Shown: piece by piece, positions 44,511 through 57,081 of the stretch
Position numbering within the stretch: the stretch's first letter is position 1
Layout: each line of letters opens with the position of its first letter
Assembly: GCA_946965045.2 (NCBI GenBank)
Contig: OX337240.1
Coordinates: 2,356,001-2,420,000, forward strand
Source: Epithemia pelagica
Taxonomy: Eukaryota; Protista; Bacillariophyta
Length of the DNA: 64,000 nt
Direction: 5' to 3'
Notes under the pieces: model-generated
What the model saw: the letters and a program-made list of their open reading frames with translations, nothing else
What the model was told of the DNA's origin: nothing
Databases searched by the model: none
Translations under genes and position numbers: made by a program

Positions 44511-47303
44511 TTTCTGAAAACAACGATTAAAATTGCCCAGAACGAGAAATGGACCTTGCTGGAACAAATGTGTTTGGTCTGTCCAAGCAATGAATGGTGG
44601 CTTTGTGTCAAGTGGTGTGGATTGCAAGCCAAAAGAAGGGTCGAGAGGGCAGACTACCGGTCAACGGCGTTGTTGTTGTTGGTATTGTCGTTGAATTTGG
44701 CGCCTTCTTTTGAACGTTGGGAGAAAATCTCGTTCACAACTCTCGTCGTCTCTTGATCCTTTTTGGGTTTGGTTTTTTCGATTGTCCGGTATCTGTATCT
44801 GCGGTCGTCTTCTCTACCTGCCATGGAACCCCGCACGCCACGACTGGCGCGGTGAAGTGGGATGAGCGTGCGCGATTGAGCCATTTGAATAATTAAGATT
44901 TTCTAATTATTTTAATTCTTTTTCGATCTACTTATATGCGTCCATTGTCGACTCTTGGAATCGCTGACTTTTCACCCGTTCCAACGGATGGCAGGGCCGT
45001 TCGCGCAAGCCGTCGCGTTGTCTCATAAATTCGGGGGTTTCAAACAACCCCTTTCTGCCATTCAAACGTAACAGACATATTATATTGCAAATTGCAACGC
45101 CGCATTCATTTCTCGCAATCCCAATAAAAGTGATTCCATGGCGGCGCACTTCCACTTCCACAGGAAATTGGGCTGTCGTATTCAGCGTATTTAAGGTTAC
45201 GCAACCTCTGCGCGTTGGCTGCTTTCCTTCCGTTTCAACTTTCAACGATTGATCATTCAACGGCTTGAGTTACACTACCTTGGAAGGTCCATGAATTATT
45301 GTCCCTGTCATTCAGAGTAGGCAAGGGCATCTTCTCAAAGGAACTCTCTGGATGCGCGGTCCTTCCTTGACAGTGCGTTTGTTTTCTCGGCGAAGCCTCT
45401 CTCCACCTGTTTCCCCCTCATGTGACACGAAGAACCTGAAAGTTCAACAACAACCATGTACTTGATGTCAACCAACAACCCACTCTCGGAAAAAACTAGG
45501 AGTAGCACCATTCGTTGGTCGACTCTCCACAGTTGCTGCTTTCTGGTTCACGTATGATACTTGCAATCATCCATCCGGATGATCCCTCTGTGGATTCATT
45601 TACGTGAGTTGCCGAAAACAACATGTTTGCTCCTTGATTCTTGCTCGGATACTGTCAGGTGATTCCACACCATATCTCTTGCGATGAACTCTGCTCTACT
45701 ACTACTATTTTTAGGCCCTATGCATTTGGACGGGAAAATGTCAGCTAGAAAGGGAGACATGCAACATGCAAGATGGTCGGGCAGATGCAACACTACCTAC
45801 TTGTTGGATGGAACACCAAATTCCTACGTCTACAGCCACGCCGTGCCACCGACTACAGGGCTCCAGAACGAGCGGTGATCCACGAATAAGGAACCTTGCA
45901 CTACGATCCAGCGGAAGCAACATGAATGCTATAGAAAATGGGCTGCTCTAGCTACATTTCAAATGGCAACTGGGGGGAAGCAGCACCTGGCATGTATACG
46001 TGATCTTGCAATCACTGTGAATAAACGAACCACCCATTCGTGTCTTGCAAAGGCACCAGTGGGTGATAACGAACTTGGAGAAGCGCGCGACTGGCTGGCT
46101 GACACCCTCCAAATAGTTGGAATCCATTGCTTCTCGGAGTAGGAAGTACAAACCGACAATCCTCTTGTGTCGACTGGAACCGCAGGATCTCTTTTCAAAT
46201 CCATGATGGATGGTTGTTGAAGCAATACACTGGACCAAACAATTTTTAATACATGGAAACACATAACACAAACACAGGACGGACAGACCGATTCACCACT
46301 TGTTAACGCCGCTGGAACCAAAATGTTTTTCGTATCTTGCGGATCAACAAGGAATTGCGAGCATTGAATCGATATCGTTCCGAATGATAGACGCGATGGA
46401 AATCACCCCATTCTTGGGCCGTTCCGCAATCTTGATGATGTGGAGGACGTTCGCTTTCGGCCGTTCGTACGTGATCCGACGAAGAGTGACCGCGACTCCC
46501 ACTGCTTCTTGTACTCGAGTCTCGGGTATTTGTCCATCGTCCCATCTTGATGTGTCCAGAGTGTTTTTTAAAATAGAAATTTATGAGAAGGTTGCCTTGT
46601 CTCTCTCTCTCTTTAGTGTGTTGGTTCCGTGAAGGAACGAGAGTGTCTTTGGCAAGGACAATCGCTTCCGCAACAAACGCAAAAGGTGCGTGGGTACTTG
46701 TGAAGCGTATCAAAATATGCAAAAGCGGCAGGATATGAAAAAAACATCTTTCGTCCACGTTCAGAAAACCTAGCACACTGCATGGGTCACGACGAAACAG
46801 CTCCTTGTTGCAACTATGTGATCTAATTTTCGAATTTCACCATACTGGCTGGGTATTATCATTCCTGGGGGACGCGCATCGTCTGTCCGCCGTACCAAAT
46901 GGCCTGTCGTGCGTATTCTGTTAAGAAGAGTATCAACTAATTTGTATGCCCCCCCAACTCAAACGGGGCTTGGGGGCTTATATCCTTCAGCAACGAGAGC
47001 ACGCAAGCCCAGCATCAAGTTCGCAAGGCTACCCTATCATCACAAGCGCCCGGGGCGACCCTAAGCGGTTAGCCAAGGGCATTGTCTATCTGATGATGGG
47101 GAAGGTAAGTGGGAGTAAAGGCAACACAGAGACTCCTGCATGATGTCGTCTAGTGGACATCTCATCATTCTGTTGAGTTCCGACTCGTCGAATCAAGGCG
47201 ACGACACTTTGCCGTGTGCGTGTGACTCCAATTGTGGCTCATTGGAACGGCCACAATCCACCACAGGAAATCCATTCATCGCAATTGTTTCTTCACCACT
47301 GCC

Positions 47304-47470
47304 ATAATTGTATTGGGGCTGTGTCTGTCCTGTCCCTGTTGGTTGCAACTCGTACACAGCGACACTTGTCCCGACTTTTGTTCTTTACAATAATTGTATT
47401 GTGGTTGTGTCTGTCCTCTCCCTGTTGGATGCAACTCGTACAGCAGCACTTGTCCCGACTATTGTTCTTT
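47304..47470. repeat. ~86-bp tandem repeat x2 at the 3' end of the LRR gene
   Basis: ataattgtatt...tgtgtctgtcct.tccctgttgg.tgcaactcgtaca...cacttgtcccgact.ttgttcttt starts at 47304 and 47390. Confidence 0.85.
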
Positions 47471-49843
47471 GGTTCGACGACGTTGCCAAAATCGTCGGGG
47501 ACGTTTCGTCGGGGATTCCTCTCGAAGTGGCTTGGGTTTGGTGGCTGGTACCACGGAGTGGGTTGGTTGGGTCAACGAGGATTGGGAGGTCGTGGTGGAT
47601 TGTGGTGAGGAATACTCTGAGTGTGGCTTGGGACGCTCCTCCACTCGTATGGGTTCTACTGCAGTGTGTATCGGTTTCGATTGGGACGACGACATGACCT
47701 GGACGGGTTGCTCTGTCCGCAAATTGTTTGCTTTGGTAGACTTGCGGTTTGTTGTTGTTTGTCGTGGACTCGGTCGCTTCGGGGGATCCTGATGAAATGG
47801 TTTGGGAAAGACGCTGGTACCACAAAAGCAGGTTTGCAAAAAGCAATAAACACTAGTGGCATGAGCCACTTGCCGTTCCTGCCTGGTCCAGCCGGACAAG
47901 GCCGTAGACTGCAATCGATACAATACGAGCGGCCACAGGGCAGCCCAGTGCTCCTGAGAGACTGGGAGAGGAAGAGGAGTAATGTGGGAATGTGGAGAGC
48001 TCTCGGGACGAAAGCACGCCTGATACAAGCAGTAATTCCGTTCCAACAAGGCGCGTGTCTGTGGGGAAAGAGGAGAAGTAGTCTTCCTCGTAGAAGTCGT
48101 GGCCTTGATCGCATCATCCGTGCGACAATCCCTTGTTCGGCTAGCTGTGGCAGTACCACTCCCAAATTGCACGCTTCTCAAGGTCCAATTGTCCTGGGAC
48201 AAACCCAACAAGGCGCGATCAATCACAGAGCAATCGGTGGCCGTCATGGAAGCGGGCAACATCAAGGTTTCCAATCGAGGCAGGTGCAGGAGCAATGGTA
48301 CCAGCCAAATGGGATCGGCTGGCAAGTGCGTCGAATCCGATAGATCCAAGGATTGCAATCGACAACCACCATTATAGTCCGACGCGGCCAATCCATTGGC
48401 AAACGTCGTGGCAGCTACCAAGGAGGCACGAATCTTGGAGTCATTGTCCTTGTCTGGATGGCCACTCAAATCTGGCAAGGAGAGTGTGTGCAAGGTGGCA
48501 TGATTGGCAATGGCGTGAACAAAGGCTTCGAAGGAAGAGTCGTTGGTGTTATCCTGATTTTGGAATGCCAAGAGCGAGGAATTGCCTCGCAAGTGCAAGA
48601 CTTGCAACTGAATCGACGACGACGACGACAAGATGGCAATCACAAAGGGAATGGAGTCGGGAGTCAAGCGATTGTGAGCAAGGTGCAACTCTTGCAAGTG
48701 GGCCAGTCGGTTGGTGGATTGTGGTGACCACAACAGACCGTGCTGAACAAGAATTTGTAGCATGGCCGTATCCAGACCCATGCCACACAGCGAAAGCGTG
48801 TGCCAATAGGGCAGTGGTGCTTGCTGTTGCGGCTGCACCTTGTCGAGCGCCTTTGTGGGTGCAGGGCTAGTCCGCAGTGCCGTCACCAAGCGGTGGATCA
48901 AGGTGGTATTGGTTTTGCAAAACGAGACATCCAAATGACGCCACGAGGATGACGCAATGGCTCGACACAAGGCGGCTCCCAGCCGACTCTTGGATGCATC
49001 ATTCATGTGAATGCGCAAATCAAAATAACTCAATTCCACGTGTTGCAAGGCTGGCAAGCAATTGTTCGGGATGGAGTGGTGCAATATGTGCCACAAAACT
49101 TGTTCGTTCCACTGACGGTTGCTGGTGTTGCCAGGGTGGTGTGATGGACTAGTACCATTTGCAGCAGGAGGCACATGCAAGGGATTCCACATGCCAAACC
49201 GTTGCATGGAGGTACCATTGGATTCGATCCATTTCACCAACAACAGAATCGTTGAAGGAGGAGACGGCAACTCGTCCTTCTCAGTGTCGTCGTCGTCGTT
49301 TCCAGTCGAGGAGTGATCGTACGATGATGAGAACATGGCATCTTCTGGACTGGCAAAGCACCACTGCAGGTCCAGGGCAACGAGTCGATCGGATGGTGCC
49401 CATTGGTTGGTTTGCTCCTTCAACCAGGAAATGATAGCGTGGTCCAAGGACCAATGTTGCAAGGTCAATTGTTTGGTACGAGGGACCTCTTGTTGTACCT
49501 CCCACACTTGTTTCAGCGAGTCAAGGCCGGGTGGCATTGGTAGCGGCGCCTTGTCCGGATCGATTCCAACCGTTCTCGTGGTGGAATCTTTGGTGGTGGT
49601 GAATCCTCCCCAGCCATCTCCACAAAACGTGGGCAACCAGGAAACGTATTCATCGTCGTCATCCCGTGAGGAAGATTCATCCGCTCCAGTTGTCGTTGTC
49701 TTGGATGGATTGCAAAATCCAGAAACGGCCCAGTCCCAAAAGGATGATACCCAGCTCTCCACCATTCCGCATACGGTTCTGTCTGCTGTTGCAAGGAAGA
49801 GAAAGAACCGACACTGGTTCGTTTGACAGGACACTCTGGCCAA
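47459..49843 (-). CDS. Leucine-rich repeat (RNI/NLRC3-like) protein
   Basis: 794-aa ORF; LQELHLAHNRL, LQVLHLRGNS, LQSLDLSDS, WRHLDVSFC; likely ATG 49765. Confidence 0.75.
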   Translation of the reverse strand: MARVSCQTNQCRFFLFLATADRTVCGMVESWVSSFWDWAVSGFCNPSKTTTTGADESSSRDDDDEYVSWLPTFCGDGWGGFTTTKDSTTRTVGIDPDKAPLPMPPGLDSLKQVWEVQQEVPRTKQLTLQHWSLDHAIISWLKEQTNQWAPSDRLVALDLQWCFASPEDAMFSSSYDHSSTGNDDDDTEKDELPSPPSTILLLVKWIESNGTSMQRFGMWNPLHVPPAANGTSPSHHPGNTSNRQWNEQVLWHILHHSIPNNCLPALQHVELSYFDLRIHMNDASKSRLGAALCRAIASSSWRHLDVSFCKTNTTLIHRLVTALRTSPAPTKALDKVQPQQQAPLPYWHTLSLCGMGLDTAMLQILVQHGLLWSPQSTNRLAHLQELHLAHNRLTPDSIPFVIAILSSSSSIQLQVLHLRGNSSLLAFQNQDNTNDSSFEAFVHAIANHATLHTLSLPDLSGHPDKDNDSKIRASLVAATTFANGLAASDYNGGCRLQSLDLSDSTHLPADPIWLVPLLLHLPRLETLMLPASMTATDCSVIDRALLGLSQDNWTLRSVQFGSGTATASRTRDCRTDDAIKATTSTRKTTSPLSPQTRALLERNYCLYQACFRPESSPHSHITPLPLPVSQEHWAALWPLVLYRLQSTALSGWTRQERQVAHATSVYCFLQTCFCGTSVFPKPFHQDPPKRPSPRQTTTNRKSTKANNLRTEQPVQVMSSSQSKPIHTAVEPIRVEERPKPHSEYSSPQSTTTSQSSLTQPTHSVVPATKPKPLREESPTKRPRRFWQRRRTKEQ

Positions 49844-50787
49844 AAAGCAAAGAAGTCGCCCAACGGAGCTTGTCGTGAGTATGGGAGGCGGAACAAGTCA
49901 AACGGAAGAAAGAGAACGACACGTAAAAGGTCACTGCCGTTCACTGTCCTTCCCTCATTGTGAGAAAAGATCTTTCGAGAGCGAAGAATGACCTCTCGAG
50001 ATTCGAGATATGACTGTGTGACTGACCGAGCGGTCGCGCGCGCACGGCCCAACCACTACTCGTATAGATCAAAATGTAGGCCATGGTGCTTGCACGCCGG
50101 GGGACTTTCCCAACATTCGAGTTGTTCGTTTTCTCTGTTTGTAGGGTTGTTGTGGTTGTTGGTTGTTGTTGCTCTCTCCCACTCTTTGATTCGGCCGCGA
50201 CTGTTGGACTCTCTTGTTCCCGTGACGGAGACACAATGTCTCTGTTTATCTGTCCTCACCGTCAAAGTCACGGGTAATTTGGGCCAGAAACTACTACAAT
50301 TGGCATCTCGCTGTTGTTCCCACAGCACGTTGTTGATCGCCGTCCTTGTCACAAATATGAGTGAATCAATGTCCCTTCTCGCAAAGAGTTTGAATCTCCT
50401 TTCCTTTATATGATTAAGTCTGGTGCCTAAAACATGGAAACATTTGTAACAATCGCATTCTTGGCGGTGATCTGGTCCGTCGAGCATGTGCAATGGAGGG
50501 GAACCCTCCCAACTGTCTAGTTTTGGGGTCCGACCTCCTTGTTGATGTTTCCGTTGCTTGTGTAGCTGCTATCAACACGTTTCAATTGAGTTGAACGTTG
50601 ATTTTATAAACTTTTATTTTTCTGGAATTTGCTTATTACAAAGCACGATCTTCACGATCTTGCCTCCTCTGAAAAACTTTACTACTCTATGGTCGTCTTC
50701 TGACCATCACTCAAGAATCACACAGCTCGTTTCCTTCCGTGGACAAAAACAAGCGGATCCTTACTCACATCCGATTCATGGAATCCC

Positions 50788-51813
50788 TTACAATCGGTAT
50801 CCGTCCGAGCCCTTGCCTTTGCCCTTGGCGCTATCACCGCCTTTGCCCTTGCTCATGGGACTGCCGGATCCCTTGCCTTTGCTCTTGGGACTGTAGGTTC
50901 CTTTGCCCTTACCCTTGCCCTTGCCCATCATGTAGTCGTCGTCGTAGTCAGAGCCTTTCTTGCCTTTGCCATCGCTGTCGGATCCCTTGCCCTTGCCCAT
51001 CATGTAGTCGTCGTCGTAGTCAGAGCCTTTCTTGCCTTTGCCATCGCTGTCGGATCCCTTGCCCTTGCCCTTGCCCATCATGTAGTCGTCGTCGTAGTCA
51101 GAGCCTTTCTTGCCTTTGCCATCGCTGTCGGATCCCTTGCCCTTGCCCATCATGTAATCGTCATCATAGTCGTATTCTTTTTTGCCTTTTCCCTTGCCCT
51201 TGCCCTTGCCCTTTCCCTTTCCCATCATGAAATCATCATCGTAATCAGATTCCTTCTTTCCCTTGCCTTTTCCTTTGCCCATCGCGTAGTCATCGTCGTA
51301 CATGTCGTATTCGTACACGTACTCGCAAAATTCCCATTCAAAAATTGGAATGGTCTCATCTGGTTGACCAGCTGAGACGGAGCCCATTACTCCCATGAAA
51401 GAACCTGACCCTCCGGTAATGACGTTTGGGCCACCAACATCGGAGAAACCAAACGAAGCAGATATCCAACTCTGAGGATCTTCCAACAATCCAAAGTTCC
51501 ATGTACCGGAAGAAGTTGCGTCCATGAAGAACCCATAGACACGTCCCAGTGGAACGGGCGATTCACCCATGTACGCTTGCATGGCTTCGTCAAAGGTGTC
51601 AAAAATAGGGGCATCGAAAGAAGTAAAGCCATTGTCTTAAGGAATGACTCCGGCATACGAAACACCACCATAGGTTCCCCCGACACCATACTCGTAAACG
51701 GATGAACATTCCAAGACGAGGTCATCGTCCTCGTAACCGTCCTCGTGGACTGCAAGGGCGAAAGGAGCCATGACGGCGACTGTACCGAGGAACAAGGCAA
51801 GGTCAAACTTCAT
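50788..51813 (-). CDS. Secreted protein with dirigent/AOC-like domain and GK/DY-rich repeats; in-frame TAA at 51637-51639
   Basis: ATG 51813; MKFDLALFLGTVAVMAPFALA signal; NVITGGSGSFMGVMGSV motif; repeats of DYDDDYMMGKGKGSDSDGKGKKGS. The frame is continuous across one TAA. Confidence 0.7.
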
Positions 51814-53236
51814 GTTGTTGTTTCTCGTTCGTGGAATTCTGTTGTTGGGTTGCTCCGTTTGTTTTTTCCTTGCTCTGGAATTATGATCTCAATATGGCTC
51901 CCATTGGTCTTGGCATGAGTGTTCGGAAGAGCCGGAATCTTGTCGAATCTAGCTTGCTTGTAGCACTAATTTTGGCAAGGGGCTTGACACTCATAGAGGA
52001 TTGGTCAAACAAACATACCCAACAGACCCAAATTTGGACTTGGCTTGTTCGTTGGAGAACAGGGTTCCGCGGCAATCCCAGGGAACGGTCGATGTCCATG
52101 GCCAATTTTGGAAAGAAATGAGGAACATAAGTGAACCTCCATGGACGACGAACCGTCTTATGGACAAATTTGGTCCAGCCTGCTCGTCCTCGTATTAGGT
52201 ACTGCAAAATTCAACAACTCGCCTGTTTCTCGGAGTTGCACCCAAGCATGCATTGTCCAAAGCTAATGCGTGGTGAAATGAAAGGCATCAACATACGCAG
52301 TACTAGTATTCATCGGATGAGAGCGGACGGAGCTCACCATTGTCATCCTGAGTGAGTTCCCAACGGCGCGCGGAAAACTTCCGCCGCGGAACCATGTGCG
52401 ACTGTGGTCGTTGCCATGGCAATAGCAATAGCGGGGTAGCAATCGCAATGGATCTACTCCTAGCTAAAAGGGGGAGATTCGCCGAACAGAATATCGACTT
52501 TGAGCTGAGATTCATCTTCTCCGGTAAGACAGAATAATAAGACAGAACAAGACAACACATTGGTTCCCTCTGCTGGAACAAGGCTAAGGCTAGGAGTTGA
52601 GCTGCGCAAGAAGGCATGTTCTTGGGTCTTTTGTTTCTTTTGGCTACCTAGAGGAGTAGTTGGATTGTGCATATTGTAGATAGTTCTACGTTCACAGTGC
52701 CATGGTTCCTTTCGCTCAGCTATTGCTATCTTGACAGTTCAGCACTATCCGAAAAGAGTTCCATTCTATAGTGAAGAACAACCGCATCCATTTCTACATC
52801 AATGGGCAGGTGTAGAAGACTTGCCGTTGCGCTTGGAGGGTGGTGACACTGGCAGGTCCTGAGAATACTCCTACGATCTAAAATCACAAATAAATCTCTC
52901 TGTTATAGATGATAACACCAATACTTTTCACAATTGGCTCCGACACATGTCACTATTGTGGATCCAGGCCTCTTCTTTTTCTTTTCTTTTCGTTTCCTTA
53001 TCTGTCTTTATACCCACTCATTCGCTAATAGGCCTCTCCGTACTCCTTGCACACCCAAGGGTTCTTCCACACACAGGATCCACTTTCACATATACACACA
53101 CACATGTCATTCTGAACGCACGTTTTAACAAGAGTTGCCAGGACTCTCTTGTGTATGCGCGTGCAAGCGTTGTTCCGCACGCACGCACACATACAAAAAC
53201 AGAGATGGATTCCACTCCATTCCTTGTAGGTGCTGT

Positions 53237-54285
53237 TTACACCGGAGTTGCTCCCTCGGCGGAGGACGCATCGACACTGCTGTTGCTCCAGCTGCTATTG
53301 CTCCACATGGCGCTCATTCCGGACGACGACGACAAGCTACGGAGGCGACGCATGGTCATGACCACACCCACCAAGATCAATGCCATGGCACCCAAAACGA
53401 CAGCGACAATGGATCCTGTCGTCATACCACCTTGATTATTGCCAGCACCAGAAGCCTTTTCAATGGAGGAAGAACCAGAATCCGTCTCCGCATTGCTTGT
53501 GGTTTCGGACGAGTCATTCGGACTTGTGTTCTTGTCGTTGTTGTTGTTGGATCCATTGGTTCCTCCATTCTCGCCACTGGACGCTGCATCACCGTTCCCA
53601 TCACTGCTACTGCTTCCTTCCTCATGAATACCTTCTACAACACCATTATTGTTTTCCTCATAGTCCACAAAGGAGAATCCCGGAGGATACGAAAAGCCTG
53701 GAGTGGAAAAGGACATGGAAAATTCTCCACTCGAGTCTGGATAGGAAAAGGATTCCCAAGATGGGTACGACATGGACCAGGGTGCACCGCCATCGTCGAG
53801 TGGATAGGAAAAGGAGAGGGAGAATCCTCCACCACCGGATGATCCGACCATGGTTGCATACAAGCCTTCCTCCAAGGCCCTGTTGCAGAAAAAAGTTACA
53901 GAATAGAAGAAACACACGAAAATGTGAGCAACAACATGCATCCACGGTGACTGGAAACTAATGGCTCAGCAACCATGAAAAAGCAGTGGCGTTTTGTCGC
54001 AACGTACCGTTGAGCATCGTCGTGACGTGCTGCTTCTGCCGCCTGCTGTCCTTCTTGCTCTTGTTCGCGTTCGACTTGTTGTTGTTCGTGTCGCAACTGA
54101 TTATGCTGTTGCTGCTGGAGGGCTTGCAACAAGACTGTTTGATGGTAGGATTGCAATCGATACAAATGATGCATCATGCTATCGGTAATGGTAGTGGCCG
54201 ACACCTGAGGCTTTGTCGTCGTCAAAAGGACCAAGACGGTGGTGAAGAACGAATTCTTACGGAATGGACTCGAAATCATCATCAT
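53237..54285 (-). CDS. Type I membrane protein with RXL site and S(F/M)S(Y/F) repeats (SAP-like)
   Basis: Signal-like N-terminus; intron ~53880..54007 whose splicing creates R-A-L; SFSYP/SMSYP repeats; S/N/E-rich stalk; single TM (IVAVVLGAMALILVGVVM) and short RRLRS tail. Confidence 0.65.
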
Positions 54286-55108
54286 GTTGAAAAAGTTGCA
54301 GAGTGTGTTTGTGCTGTGTCTGGTAGTGTTGCAGTTTGGAGCACTGGTCGTTTTGTGAGACCAATCAAAATGGAGACCCTTAATGGAGGCAAACCTGTGT
54401 TGGATTCAGCTCCTAGCAGATTGTCGACCAAACGGTCCAAAGTCATCCACCTGTTCAAAACTATCCATCCACTTGCATCAATCATGGTGACATTCTTGCA
54501 GGGTCGTCTTTCCGACAAATACGATGAGCCAGAAAGATTCGGACCGGTGGTGGTTCTGTCGTGGATTGTCGTCGCCCCGAAAGGCTTGGTAGTACCACAT
54601 GCTTGTCAGTTCGAGTCATTTTCGGAGGAACGAGGCATCCATCCATGTCCATCGCTTCTCCGGTGCATGCACCTCCATCAGGGAGAAGAGATGGGTCCGG
54701 ATTCCGGATTGGTCGCAGAGGTGTGTGTCAGTGCGTGTCGACTGGGATTGCCTCACAGAAAGCTTCCTCACGACTCTGGCACGGCAACGGGATACTTCGA
54801 ACCTTCTGGTCCTCTCTTGTTGCGATGAAGAAGAATCTGGCTGCTGCTGTGTGCTGTGTTTGTCAATTGTCTTTCTTCGACGTGTTGTGACTCGTGACGA
54901 CGCCACACGACCAAAACCCAATGACAGCGTTGCGAGACCAATACGCGACCCTCGAGCGTCTAAGATCGAAAAAGCGTGACGTCATGTTTTTTTATCAAGA
55001 GCCACAATGGCCGCCCGCCTCCCATATTGAAGGAAACGACATTCCTCCTCCTCCTCCTTCATCCTTCTCAGACTACACATTGGCGAAAGATAGATCCTAT
55101 ACTGGTAT

Positions 55109-56473
55109 TTGTGCGATACTATCTCTGCACCACCAATAGAGGGAACACAGAAAGAAGGCACTGGAATGGAAGCACCGTCGTCGCGTCCTCAAACCAATGG
55201 CACATTGGTGTCGGTCCAGGAATTGTCCGACTTGGTGGCAGACACATTGCCTCTCGATCATGTGATCTATGCTTTTGGTTATGGATCTGGTGTCTTTTCA
55301 CAACAACAATCATCATCATCATCATCATCATCAAGCGACACGACGAACAAAAACAAGACTACTGAGACTGTGGTAGTAGACGTCATTTTGGTAGTCGACA
55401 ATGCCTATCTCTTTCACAAACAAAATGTGACGCAAAATCCGCATCACTATTGGATGCCACCGACGTGGATTCGACAAGGACTTCTCGGATCGCTTTCGTC
55501 ATCGTCGTGGCAGCCGCCAAACGACGATCATTCGGCGACAGTAGACGCTGCCAGGTGGTTGACATATTGGCATCGAGGACCATCCAATGGCAATAACAAT
55601 AATAACAACAGCATATGGTCGCGAGGTGATCCTCGAGTCTACTTTAATTTGGCACCTGGTTTGAAATATGGTATTGTCCAATGGGAGGATTGGGTGGACG
55701 ATTTGTGCAATTGGAGGTATCTCTATATTGCTGGACGCATGCACAAACCAATTTTGCCACTCGACTTGCCGCCTTGCACCATTGCAGAGCAACAGCAACA
55801 ACGATCTGTTCGAAACCATATGATTCAACAGTATCAACAAGTCAATTGGAGTGCCGCCTTGGCGGCTGCATTCTGGCTGCGATTGTCTTCGACGACGTCC
55901 TCCTCCTCCTTGTCGTTTTCGGAGGTGGATTTGTATCACACTCTGGCCGGCTTGTCCTATCAAGGCGATTATCGCATGCAAGTAGGTGCCGAAGATCCAT
56001 ACAAACTTGACAAATTGGTTCAAGCACCGGGGCAATTGGCACGGTTTGGACAAATCTATCGGCCCTTGCTCCAAACGTGGACGGGTGGGACCACCTCGTT
56101 ACCACACAACGATTCCTTGTTGCCCATGGAGATTTCCAAAACTCAAACCAACAGCAACGGGAACAACGTCGACCATGAACCTTGGACCTTGACATGGCAT
56201 TCCAATGTTTTGGACACTTCCATCACAGACGACAACCGAAATTACACGGTTGGATTTTTGGCTGACCACTTGCCAAGGTCGATTCAAGCGTCCATGCATA
56301 AGCACCAGTGGAACTTGTCAAACGTCCTGGATCAACGAGTGGCACAATCGGCTCGGAGTCAATCTCTCAAGGGATTAGTCACGGCCGGTCCCACTCAAGC
56401 ATTCCGCTATGCCCTCCGCAAACTAAACAAGGGCATCTTGGGCGGAGCAGGACGACTCTTTCGTGGTCGTTGA
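55109..56473 (+). CDS. TAM41: Mitochondrial phosphatidate cytidylyltransferase (Tam41/Mmp37)
   Basis: AFGYGSGVFSQ, VDVILVVDN, QNPHHY, VYFN, KYGIV, LCNWRYLYIAGRMHKP, LSYQGDYRM; first ATG at 55166. Confidence 0.92.
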   Translation: MCDTISAPPIEGTQKEGTGMEAPSSRPQTNGTLVSVQELSDLVADTLPLDHVIYAFGYGSGVFSQQQSSSSSSSSSDTTNKNKTTETVVVDVILVVDNAYLFHKQNVTQNPHHYWMPPTWIRQGLLGSLSSSSWQPPNDDHSATVDAARWLTYWHRGPSNGNNNNNNSIWSRGDPRVYFNLAPGLKYGIVQWEDWVDDLCNWRYLYIAGRMHKPILPLDLPPCTIAEQQQQRSVRNHMIQQYQQVNWSAALAAAFWLRLSSTTSSSSLSFSEVDLYHTLAGLSYQGDYRMQVGAEDPYKLDKLVQAPGQLARFGQIYRPLLQTWTGGTTSLPHNDSLLPMEISKTQTNSNGNNVDHEPWTLTWHSNVLDTSITDDNRNYTVGFLADHLPRSIQASMHKHQWNLSNVLDQRVAQSARSQSLKGLVTAGPTQAFRYALRKLNKGILGGAGRLFRGR

Positions 56474-57081
56474 TTCGACGAGTCGTGGCATGGAGATAGA
56501 AATATACAGAGAGGATGGAATCGACGACCTCATTCACCAAAAAGACTCTGATCTTTCGTTCAAAGGAGGGTCGGACACAAATTGCTAGTCGATGCAAAAG
56601 GGCAAGGGACGAACGAACGAATGCTCCTCGTGAATTGGGTTCCGACTGTCTGTTGCGCAAGACTCTTATAATATATTTGCGATGAACAAGCCTCGACGAT
56701 CCAATGACTCTGGTAGATTCGCAGCAAGACCATCCTTGGGGTGCTCCCATGGGTCTAGGTAGAGCGTGTCCAGTTCCAAAAGGGAGGCCAAGAATCGGCT
56801 TTTTTCTCTCATATGTTTGGAGAAGAATGAACCATGTAACGATGTGGATCAAAAAAGGTCCAGAATTACTTCTAAACGAATTTCAAACAATCAACTGTGA
56901 TGGTCGTTGCCCTATGAATTTACTTCACGCCACCCCTTTCTTTCTGGTGACAAGCCAAACACACACAACTTTTCACGAATCAATCCTGATCCATCGTCAA
57001 GGTATGTCAAGATTTTCGTATTGCGCCTGATAAGCTGGATTTATCCCATTCATCTTTTCCTTTTGTTTTTCTATTTCATTC

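Noticed and set aside
50739-51230. Cys/Pro-rich metallothionein-like ORF (CPCPCPSC)
   Set aside because: Antisense reading of the GKGKG repeats of the minus-strand gene.
53986-54828. 280-aa plus-strand ORF
   Set aside because: Starts antisense to the Gln-rich exon of 53237..54285 and has no recognisable domain.
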